Shown here: piece by piece, positions 51,400 through 64,000 of the stretch
Layout: every line of letters begins with the position of its first letter
Numbering within the stretch: position 1 is the stretch's first letter
From: the human T2T-CHM13v2.0 reference genome, Homo sapiens
NCBI RefSeq assembly: GCF_009914755.1
Contig: NC_060932.1
Strand: one strand, 5' to 3'
DNA: 64,000 nucleotides
Notes under the pieces: generated by a model
The model's database searches: none
What the model was told of the DNA's origin: nothing
Seen by the model: the letters and a program-made list of their open reading frames with translations, nothing else
Translations under genes and position numbers: made by a program

Positions 51400-52160
51400 C
51401 TGGCTCAGACAGCCGACCCCGACAAGCCCTGAGCGCCCCCACCCGCCCGCGGCCCACCCCACCCACCCGAGCCGCGCGATGCCCTATTAAGGGCATGGCC
51501 TCGGGGGCTCAGCGGAGCGAGTCCTCCCCTTCCCTAGGCACTGGCAGCCGTTGGGGGCGATCCAGGCGGACGAGGCCGGCGGAGTGGCCGCGCTCGGGCC
51601 GGCGATCGGGACCGCCACCGTGGACGACAAGGTGCTCGGCGGCTGGGCTGTCAGGAGCGGCCCGACAGGCAGCGGGACGGGGGGCCGTACCTTTGTACTT
51701 CTCGCGCACCTCCTCGTAGGCCTGGATGAAGTCCTGCTCGTCGGGCAGCGGGCCGGCCATGCCGGCGGGCGCGGGGCGCGGGGTGCAGCGGAGCCTCCAG
51801 CACCCGGCGGCCACTCTGTCCCCGCGGCCGCGCGCGCCGCTTAAAGAGGCCGCCCCCGCCCCGCCCCCGCCCCGCCCCCGCACCCAGGATGCCCCACGGG
51901 CGGGGCGGGGCCGGGGCCGCCGCGGCCGGGCAGAGGGAGCCGCGTCTGGGCCCCTCCCGGCGGGCCGGTTCCGCGGGCTCCGAGTCCCGCACGCACGCCC
52001 TTTCCCGTTCTCGCCCGGGTCGCGGCCGCCGACACCGCGGTCGCCCGGGGGTCCTCGGGTGGCCCCCGCCCAGGGGCGGCCGCGACCTGTCTGTTCCCCG
52101 CCGGGCCGGCGACCTGCCTCCGAGACGCTCCCCTGCCCGCCCCCCACCTTGCTTCCTGCG
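51400..52160. promoter_or_regulatory. CpG island / promoter of PLEC exon 1f
   Basis: Dense CpG; tandem GC boxes at 51850-51915; AT-rich ttaaa at 51841. Confidence 0.85.
51691..51760 (-). CDS. PLEC: PLEC alternative first exon 1f (MAGPLPDEQDFIQAYEEVREKYK)
   Basis: ATG...AAAG|gtacgg; 70 nt. Confidence 0.94.
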
Positions 52161-53464
52161 TGCAGCTGAGAACTTTCCCATTGCAACATTGGAGACGACT
52201 GAGTCGGTATAAAGAACCCTTAAAACACTACACACAAGAAAAATTAAGTACACATACGAGGACTGGAATAGCCCATTCACAGAAGGAAAAAATGCTTGGT
52301 GATAATTAAAACAACTCTTTCCACCCATCAGATTGGCAAAGCCCCCGCTCTCCCCGCCTTCACCAATGTCGGCCACCCTGTCTGGGATGCCCCTGGCCGT
52401 GTTTTCTCCAAGCTTAATGCCATATGTCCTGTAACTGCAAGTCCCGCTTCCAGGAATCGGTCCTAAGGAAACCGTCAGAGGACGCAGAGCCCCGGCGCGG
52501 AAGGTGCTGGCTGGGGGCAAAGCCTTTGCAGTGAGTACCGAAGGCAACCACGGTCAGCCGGGGCCTCGGGACCCCCCACACTCCTCCACAACTGTAAAGG
52601 TGATGCTGAAGAAAGCCCAGGCGTGGGAACGACACAAGTGATTCCCTTTCAAGTGGGAAGAAAGTGACTTCTTTCTTTAAAGTCCGTGTGTGCTGTGAAA
52701 AGCCCTGAAGGTCATGCAGATGGAACCAGACCCTGGGGCTGGAGCTGGGTGCACAGCAGTGACCCTCTCCTTCCCTCTTTCCTGCTCCTACCAGCCCCGC
52801 TTCCCGTCGTCTGCAACATCCCCCCAGGGCTCAGCACCTGGCCTTGCAGCCCTCTCCTGGCCTCCCGCAGGGGCCTCCCTGCCCTCCGGCTGGAACAGGT
52901 CAGGACTCTCAAGCCAAAGCCTAGAGAGCTACTGCTCCTCCCTCTCCTAGCACAGCTCTAGGTCACCCACTTCCCTCCTGCCCTCCCCCTTCCCCAAGCA
53001 TCTCGCTGGATGCTTCCCATCGTTCTCCCTGGATGGGGAGCTACTGGAAAGCAAGGCCAGATCCTGGCTCAGGAAGAGGCTGGGGCTCCAGACAACCAGG
53101 TACCCCCTCCCTATACACTGCTCCTGTACATTCCCACCTGGCCGCCATTGTGGCAGCCAAGACCGAGGGCCTGGTGGGGAACCCAAAAAATTATCCTTGT
53201 TGCATCTGGGCACTGGACCGTGTTAAAATCAAGGATGGACGCCGCGGCAAGAAGCCCAACCCCAGGCCTCATGAACCGCCTGGGCGCGGCCGGCAGGTGG
53301 CGCTGTGCCGCCTGCACTCACCTGGGACGCGCGAGGCCCTCCGTGACCCGCAGATCCCCCTAGGCCTCCCCCACCCAGTCCCCGCTCCAGCGCCTAGCAC
53401 GCAGCGGGAACTCAGTCAACCTCGCGTGCCAAGGAGGTGCACAGGCAAGGCCCTGCGCAGTTAC

Positions 53465-53657
53465 CTGCGATGCGAATGACCGCCCGCTCAGCTGGGTCCA
53501 GGACACTCCCGTTGCTCCCAGCGCCACCCCCGCTGCGCCGGCTCCGCTGCGTTTTCCCAAGGTTCCAGGGCAGTGTGTCCCCAGGGCTGGGCGAGCCACT
53601 GCTTCCATTGGAGACATCTTCAGAGACTGCCCGGACCTCAGCGTCCTCACCCGACAT
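53465..53657 (-). CDS. PLEC: PLEC exon 1c (coding part; own acceptor at 53663)
   Basis: MSGEDAEVRAVSEDV...AVIRIA + G|gtaact; ccttccag|GAGGCCATG. Confidence 0.94.
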
Positions 53658-55480
53658 GGCCTCCTGGAAGGGGAGCAGGAGGGGTCACATCTCTGCCTGT
53701 TCAGGAGTGGACTCTGCACGCCGACCCACCCACCACCTTCTTAACCTAGACACTGAACTCTCCCCACCCAGCCTCTCGCCTGGACACTGGCACCCACACC
53801 CCTCCTGCACTCTGCTGTACCCACATATTGACCCCCATGCTCTGGCCCCAGGCACTGACTTACCCTCTCTCCATCCATGACTGCCTTGCCCCCTCCCGCG
53901 CACTCCTCAGATACCTACACAGTGACCCCCCAGCCACTGGCCTTACCCTCCAGTCCATCACCAGGACACTGACCACCCTGGCCACCCCCACTCCCACACA
54001 CTGACTGCCACTCTCCTCTCTTAGTCACCCACACCCCACCCACCTACTCTGTCACCCAGGGGCTCAACCGGCACACGACAGACCACCTTCCACTCTGTCA
54101 AATGGAAGGGGAAGGGGTGACTACCTTCACTCAGATGCCGGCCTCCACTGCCTCCATCCCAAACTGGACCCGCCTCTAACCCTCTAATCGCAGGCAGGCG
54201 AGGCCATCAAGGAAAGCTGACCACCGCCCCCTCCACTCACCGGGTCATCAGGGAAGGACACCCAAGCCCTTCCCCTGGACACCGGCAGTCCACCTCCAAG
54301 CTCTCTCGACCTCTAGGACTCCCCATCACGCCACCCCACCTCAGCCCGCAGTCCCACCTCGATCTCCGCAGCGAAGGCCTATAAATAGCTGCAGCCGCAG
54401 CGGCGTGGGCCGCGGGAGCTCTGCTGCAGCGAGGCCGGGAGGGAGCCCGGGCCGCAGCTCCAGCGGCCCACAGTGGGGGCGCGTACACCGGCACCGCGGA
54501 CGCAACCAGGACGCACGCATACCCACGCGCGCACACTCCCCAGCCCCCGTCCCCAAGAGCACTGGCGTGCGGGAGGTGAATGGGGCTCTGTCTCGGAGGG
54601 GGTGGGCTGGCGCGGGGGCACAATGTGGGCTCTGTGCCTCCGCCCTCAGGCCAAGGGCTAAGGAGGAGGCAGCGGACACCGAGGAGGGGGCCGCCGCGCC
54701 CCGCCCCCACTGGCTTCTCCACGGGCCGCCCCGGTTGCAGCCCCCCGCCCGGAGCCCTGCGGTCAGCCGCGCCTCCCCAGCGGCCTTTCCTGCCCACACC
54801 CCGGGCACCGCCCGTCCAGTTCCGCAGTCTCGGGCGTGCAGGGAGGTGCTGTCCTCTCGAGCGAGGGCAGGAGGGGGCGCGGCGCAGCCCCTAGTTCCGT
54901 GTGGCCTGCGGCCGGAGACCGCCCCCCGACCCCCACCCCGCAGCGCCCGCACGCGGCGCGCCTCTCCATCCTGGCCGCGGTCATACATGCCTGGTGGCTC
55001 CGCTCACTTCAGCTCTGCCGCCGCAGCCAGACTGCTCGGGCCGGGAGAGCGGCGGAGGCGGCGCAGGCGGGGCGAGCCCCGAGCCCCGCCCCGGCCCCCA
55101 CCCAGAGCTGCGCCGCGCGGGCCCGGCCGAGAGCGAGCGAACGCTGCCAGCGAGATCGGGCGCCCGTGTCTGCGCGGGGCCGCCGAGATCTCGGGAGCGG
55201 CGGGGCTGGGGCCCGGGCGGGCGATTCGGCCAGGGCAGCGGCGCACACCTGAGCCCCCGGCGCACGGGGCGGGCCGGTAGTCAAGGAGACGCTGTCTGCG
55301 CCGGCGTGCGCGACACGGGAACGTCGTGCGCTCGCCCCGGTGAGCTCCGGGCCCCGCCCCGCACCCCGACGCCTCCTCGGAAGCAGCAGATCCCGCCCCT
55401 GGGCCGCGGAGATCCCCACTCCCCAAACAGAGGTCGCAGTCAGAGTTCCCGGGTCCCTTCCGCCTGGGTTCACGTTCACG

Positions 55481-55486
55481 TTTATT
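55481..55486 (-). terminator. PARP10: PARP10 polyadenylation signal AATAAA
   Basis: tttatt on the plus strand, ~285 nt downstream of the PARP10 stop codon. Confidence 0.85.
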
Positions 55487-55771
55487 CAAACAACAGAGCC
55501 GACTCGGGCGAGGTCTGGGAGCGGCGGGCGGGCGGTGTCGCCTCCTGGGCTCTGCTGACCCCTGGTGGTGGGGTCGGCCCAGGCTGGGACCTAGCCCGGC
55601 CCCCCTCGGCCGCTGCTGACCGCCATCCCCCACACCGCCTTCTGGAGCCCGCAGAGGGAGGCAGGGGCGTCCCCGGGGACAGCTCAGGCGGCCACAGTTG
55701 GGGGCGGGGAGCATCAGCCTGTGCGGAGCTGGGAGCCTGGGAAGCAGGAGGCCAGAGGGTGGCCCCTTCGG

Positions 55772-56503
<732 letters not shown>

Positions 56504-57077
56504 TCATGCTCTGTCCAGCAGCAGACAGTAACACCTCCGTGAAGCAAGTGACTTCAGAGGGCCGCTGGGGAGGCCTGACCCCTCCCCCTCCCGTGGAGGT
56601 CTGCGGGCGGGCAAACCCCACCCACTCAAGCGAGGCCTCTGCAGAGAAAAGCTGAGCCAGGGCCCTATGCTGCCTACAGGACTTGACTCCAACACGAGGA
56701 GATGCCACAGACCTCTCAGTGCTGAAAGACCCAGGTGGGAGAGAAGGCCTCAGGTGACCAACCTGACAGCCCTGGGAAACACTTTTAAAGAAATTTTAAA
56801 TAGTTTCTTCAGAGAGTTGCAAAAGAACACCATGTCTATTAAACAAAACTAGCTGCTATGAAAAGGAACTAGTCTGAAAACCAGAGTGCTCCTGCATTCA
56901 GAAAGGGACGCTGAGCTAAATCTAGAGGGGGTGAGCCAAATGAGGAAGTGGTTCAAACTGAAGACCCAGCTAGCGTTCTAGATGGAGTTCAGGAACTGAT
57001 GCAGAGTGAGAAGCTAACGGAAGAGAAAGGAACTCCGAGGGAGCAGGTGAGGGGGCCTGAGGTCTGAGCCGGCATAG

Positions 57078-57560
<483 letters not shown>

Positions 57561-57867
57561 AACCCTGCAAGTTTACACACACACACAACAAGGTCAATAT
57601 GCAAACCGGAAGAAGTCTCACCTTCTCACATTGGGTCTCTCATTACCGACACCAGATGCTAAGAAACCATGGGGGGATATTTTTTAACTTTCCAAGAAAA
57701 ATATTCTTTTAAGAATGAAGAAAAACAGCAATGTCTTCAAATATCTGAGGAAAAACATATTTTGAACCTGAACACTATATCCAGCCAAACTAGTAATGAA
57801 GAATGAGGACAAATAAGGGCATATTAGGACACACGAGAACATGGAAGTTCATACCAACATCAAATTA

Positions 57868-58895
<1,028 letters not shown>

Positions 58896-59346
58896 TCAAA
58901 TATGTTTAGCACCCACTCAAGGAGATACTCCCACTAAACAAAAGAGTCTGTGCCAAAAGGTGACAAGCGGGGTACTGAGTAACCCGGTGGTCAAGAATGG
59001 CCTGGAAAAAATGAAGAAAGTCAAAAAAAGAAAAGCCATTAGCCTTGAATCCTAGAACATCTTTTTTACAGAACAGAATTTTAATAACTAGGATTTCACT
59101 TCTCTTTCTATGGCTCAGTGGTAAATGTTTTTTCATTATTATAGTATGTCTACAAACCTATGGCCCACGCATGGAGGCTTTGTGATAGTTACAGAAACCT
59201 TTACGACATAATAAAAATAATGTAACTGACCAAATTGAGATGGAAGATGAGGGAGGAGGCAAAAGAGAGAGAAGCGAGGCCCATTCTCCTCATCTTCCAT
59301 GCGGGAAGGCAAGAAACAATCTCTAAAGCTGTCAAGTGAAAAAAAA

Positions 59347-59425
59347 AAATTCAAGCATACCATTTAAAGTCATCAAGGTGCTCACTAAATTCAAGCATAC
59401 CATTTAAAGTCATCAAGGTGCTCAC
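59347..59425. repeat. 40-bp tandem duplication
   Basis: tcaagcataccatttaaagtcatcaaggtgctcac at 59351 and 59391. Confidence 0.92.
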
Positions 59426-59479
59426 CGGAAGAACCAAGTACGTATAATTAACAAAACCACCAGGATATGAGGTCAGTGC

Positions 59480-61540
59480 GTCTGGGTGGTGGTGATCCTG
59501 GTGGCGGTGAGCGGTGACGGTGTGTTGGTGAAGCTGACGGTGACAGTGGTGATGCTAATGGTGGTGATGATGGTGGCCACGGTGGTGGTGGTAGTGGTGG
59601 TGGTGATGGTGGTGACGACAGTGAGTGGTGAAGGTGATGGTGATGATGGTGGTGACGACAGTGAGTGGTGAAGGTGATGGTGATGATGGTGGTGACGACA
59701 GTGAGTGGTGAAGGTGATGGTGATGATGGTGGTGACGACAGTGAGTGGTGAAGGTGATGGTGATGATGGTGGTGACGACAGTGAGTGGTGAAGGTGATGG
59801 TGATGATGGTGGTGACGACAGTGAGTGGTGAAGGTGGTGGTGATGGTGGTGACGACAGTGAGTGGTGAAGGTGATGGTGATGATGGTGGTGACGACAGTG
59901 AGTGGTGAAGGTGATGGTGATGATGGTGGTGACGACAGTGAGTGGTGAAGGTGGTGGTGATGATGGTGGTGACGACAGTGAGTGGTGAAGGTGATGGTGA
60001 TGATGGTGGTGACGACAGTGAGTGGTGAAGGTGGTGGTGATGATGGTGGTGACGACAGTGAGTGGTGAAGGTGGTGGTGATGATGGTGGTGACGACAGTG
60101 AGTGGTGAAGGTGGTGGTGATGATGGTGGTGACGACAGTGAGTGGTGAAGGTGATGGTGATGATGGTGGTGACGACAGTGAGTGGTGAAGGTGATGGTGA
60201 TGATGGTGGTGACGACAGTGAGTGGTGAAGGTGGTGGTGATGATGGTGGTGACGACAGTGAGTGGTGAAGGTGGTGGTGATGGTGGTGACGACAGTGAGT
60301 GGTGAAGGTGATGGTGATGATGGTGGTGACGACAGTGAGTGGTGAAGGTGGTGGTGATGATGGTGGTGACGACAGTGAGTGGTGAAGGTGATGGTGATGA
60401 TGGTGGTGACGACAGTGAGTGGTGAAGGTGGTGGTGATGATGGTGGTGACGACAGTGAGTGGTGAAGGTGGTGGTGATGATGGTGGTGACGACAGTGAGT
60501 GGTGAAGGTGATGGTGATGATGGTGGTGACGACAGTGAGTGGTGAAGGTGGTGGTGATGATGGTGGTGACGACAGTGAGTGGTGAAGGTGGTGGTGATGA
60601 TGGTGGTGACGACAGTGAGTGGTGAAGGTGGTGGTGATGATGGTGGTGACGACAGTGAGTGGTGAAGGTGGTGGTGATGATGGTGGTGACGACAGTGAGT
60701 GGTGAAGGTGGTGGTGATGATGGTGGTGACGACAGTGAGTGGTGAAGGTGATGGTGATGGTGGTGATGACAGTGAGTGGTGAGGGTCATGGTGATGGTGA
60801 TGATGATGAGTGGGGATGATGGTGGTGATGGTGACTGTTGTGATGGTGATGGTGGTGATGGTGATGGTGGTGGTGATGACAGTGAGTGGTGAGGGTCATG
60901 GTGATGGTGATGATGATGATGAGTGGGGATGATTATGGTGATGGTGGTGGTGATGGTGATTGTTGTGATGGTGATGGTGGTGATGACAGTGAGTGGTGAG
61001 GGTCATGGTGATGGTGATGGTGATGATGATGAGTGGGGATGATTATGGTGATGGTGGTGGTGATGGTGATTGTTGTGATGGTGATGGTGGTGATGACAGT
61101 GAGTGGTGAGGGTCATGGTGATGGTGATGGTGATGATGATGAGTGGGGATGATTATGGTGATGGTGGTGGTGATGGTGACTGTTGTAATGGTGATGGTGG
61201 TGATGGTGATGATGGTGGTGACGACAGTGAGTGGTGAAGGTGATGGTGATGGTGGTGATGACAGTGAGTGGTGAGGGTCATGGTGATGGTGATGATGATG
61301 AGTGGGGATGGTGGTGATGGTGACTGTTGTGATGGTGATGGTGGTGATGGTGATGGTGGTGGTGACGACAGTGAGTGGTGAAGGTGATGGTGATGGTGGT
61401 GGTGATGACAGTGAGTGGTGAGGGTCATGGTGATGGTGTGATGGTGGTGGTGATGGTGATGGGGTGATGGTGATGATGGTGGTGATGATGGTGGTGAGGG
61501 TCATGGTGATGGTGTGATGGTGGTGATGATGGTGGTGAGG
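59480..61540. repeat. Compound VNTR in a PARP10 intron: ~29-30 x 40-bp units (59614-60790), then ~110-bp higher-order units, in (GGT/GAT)n flanks
   Basis: gacgacagtgagtggtgaagg recurs every 40 bp (three 37-bp units); gagtggggat at 60921, 61031 and 61141. Confidence 0.96.
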
Positions 61541-61653
61541 TCTGGGGACAGCCAGAGGTTCTTTTTGCATTTCTGACCAGCTCCTGGTGGAGGGTGATGC
61601 TGCTGGCCCCACGCACAACTTTGGGCATCAAGAGTTGAGAGTGCCCCGTGCAA

Positions 61654-62061
<408 letters not shown>

Positions 62062-62343
62062 TCAAAATGACCACAAGATGGCATCACCGCCCCATGCTCC
62101 AAATAAGGAAACTGAGGCCTGGAGCTGGTCCCATAGTCCCTGCTGACCCAGCCACGAGTGGCAGAGTGGGGACCCTCACTCAGGCCTATCAGATCCCAAG
62201 GCCCCCACTCTGTTCCCTCCTGTTTCCCTACCCACTTTGGGAACGCCCTCTGGGCAGAGAACAGGGCTGGGAGCCTGTCAGCTCCTGGTCAGCTGACCTT
62301 GATGTAGGCGAGAGGGACAGGCCACAGACTTGGCAAGGCGCTA

Positions 62344-62556
<213 letters not shown>

Positions 62557-62632
62557 TCAGAGCCATGCCTGGGGCACTAGCCCCTGCTAACCAGCCCACC
62601 CCACCGTCCCTCAGTCCAGGAGGTAGACTCAC

Positions 62633-63277
62633 AGGTAGGGCCTGAAGCTGCCAAGGGAAAGGCCAAACTCTGATCCCAGGGGCCAGCCAGAAGTGCCACC
62701 AAGTGGCGGGCAGCACGGGCAGGGTGGGCCCCGAAGCCACGGAGGATGGTGCAGTCACCACGCAGGGCAACACTCACACCATGGCACCGCTCCAGGCGAG
62801 CACGCAGCTCTGCAGGCAGTGTGCGGCGCCAGGGCCCCACCGTCTCCTCCTGGACGTGGACCTCCAAGGCAGCCCTGAGCGCCCGGTCCAGCTCCTCCAC
62901 ATCCTGCTCAAAGGCCGAGTGCACCACCAGCTGGGCCTTGCCATCAGTCCCCCCATCTGGGGGCTCTTCTGCCTCCAACGGGGGCTGCTCCAGCAGGGAG
63001 AGGGTTAGGGCTTGCCGCAGGGCAGCAGCCTCCTCCTGCTCAGCCACCTGACCTTGAGGCTCCAGTGACCGGTGGAGGGCCAGCTGCAGAGCGGCCTCCT
63101 CCTCCAGCCACCTGGGTGCCACAGTGCTGGGGGCCACAGGCTCCTCCTCCTCATGCCCTGGGGTCGCCTCCTCCTCTGGCTGCTCCTGAGGCCCTTCCTC
63201 CTCCAGCTCCCGAGGCAGCCAGTCCTCCCCGTCTAGGTCTAGGCCCTCCAGGGTGGCCAGCAGTTCTCGGACCTCCT
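62633..63277 (-). CDS. PARP10: PARP10 exon (NES, acidic region, two UIMs)
   Basis: LLATLEGLDL; EEEAALQLALHRSL; EEAAALRQALTLSL; 645 nt. Confidence 0.93.
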
Positions 63278-63473
63278 CTGGGGGCAGGGAGAGGCCATTG
63301 GGTCAGGGGCTGGACCCAGGAGGAGTTGGAATGGATGAAAGATGGGGAGCAAGTTTTTAGGGTACAGGGTGGGCCTAAGATGGGTCAGTAGACAGATGGG
63401 AGCACAGAGCAGGGCAGGGGGTGAGGTCAAGTGAGGGCCACAGGATGTGCTGAGGGCTCCCAGGGAGCCCTAC

Positions 63474-63570
63474 CCAGGCTCACGTCCTCCTGGTCACCAC
63501 CTGTACTGTCTGGGGTCCACAGGGTGTGGGCGTTGCCAGGGAGCACTGGGAGGGCCTCGGTAGGGTCCAC
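63474..63570 (-). CDS. PARP10: PARP10 exon
   Basis: VDPTEALPVLPG...EDVSL + G|gtaggg; 97 nt. Confidence 0.9.
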
Positions 63571-63675
63571 CTGTAGGGAGAGGATGTCAGGACCACTAGC
63601 CTCTGGGCAAGGGCAGAGGAGGCCTGGGGCAGAGGCGTGAGAAAGGGGAGGGCAGGGGTGGGACTCCATCTCTAC

Positions 63676-63897
63676 CTCTTCAAGGCCTGTGTCCAACGTG
63701 GCTGTGGCCAGGCGCTCTGTCCCAAAGACACACTGGAACTGAGCCTCCAGCCCCTGGAGAAGGTGCTGCCCTTCTGGGCCCAGGAGAAACCTGGCGCTGC
63801 CCGGGTGCTCCAGGCACAACACATGGCAGCTAATGCTGCCCAGCAGGCTCCGCAGAAACTCCTCAGCCGCCTGGCAGGAAGCCTGGGCTCCACAGAG
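63676..63897 (-). CDS. PARP10: PARP10 exon
   Basis: LCGAQASCQAAEEFL...DTGLEE; 222 nt; upstream exons lie outside the window. Confidence 0.9.
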
Positions 63898-64000
63898 CTG
63901 CAGGGCCATTGCAGAGATGGAGTTTGCAGGTTTAGAGCACAGGAAAGGTACTTTGAGTCCCCAGTAGGAGGAGGGGGCTGAAGGTGAGGAGTCCTGAGGG

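Noticed and set aside
51850-51920. G-quadruplex-capable runs here and throughout
   Set aside because: Ubiquitous at this GC content; nothing distinctive without data
59347-59425. Shared 40-bp period with the neighbouring VNTR
   Set aside because: Unrelated sequence; the shared period is probably coincidence

Overview
This is mammalian, GC-rich genomic DNA that I recognise as the human PLEC/PARP10 locus (8q24.3). Both genes lie on the minus strand, head-to-tail. PLEC (plectin) occupies 1-~55,000 and comprises the start of exon 32, the 3,381-nt rod exon 31, plakin/SH3 exons 9-30, actin-binding CH-domain exons 2-8, microexons 2alpha and 3alpha, and eight recognisable alternative coding first exons (1a, 1g, 1b, 1d, 1, 1e, 1f, 1c). 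All eight end in a phase-1 G and splice to exon 2. A ninth, well-formed in-frame first exon (MDRYSMEELIQLGQ) lies at 24628-24670. MIR661 is intronic. The last six exons of PARP10 occupy 55.5-63.9 kb, with a polyA signal inside the PLEC 1c CpG island. The large introns carry many Alus, L1 remnants, MER2, an LTR-int-LTR MaLR element and several VNTRs. The most unexpected feature is a 350-bp, ~98%-identical inverted duplication of apparently unique sequence (47570-47919 / 48976-49325). It flanks a 1,056-bp segment that a split L1 suggests has been inverted, and its sense-strand copy contains a complete cryptic poison exon. Splice boundaries were read by hand and checked for phase. Gene, isoform and repeat-family names come from recall, not from database searches. 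Most entries in the ORF track are GC-rich shadow ORFs.
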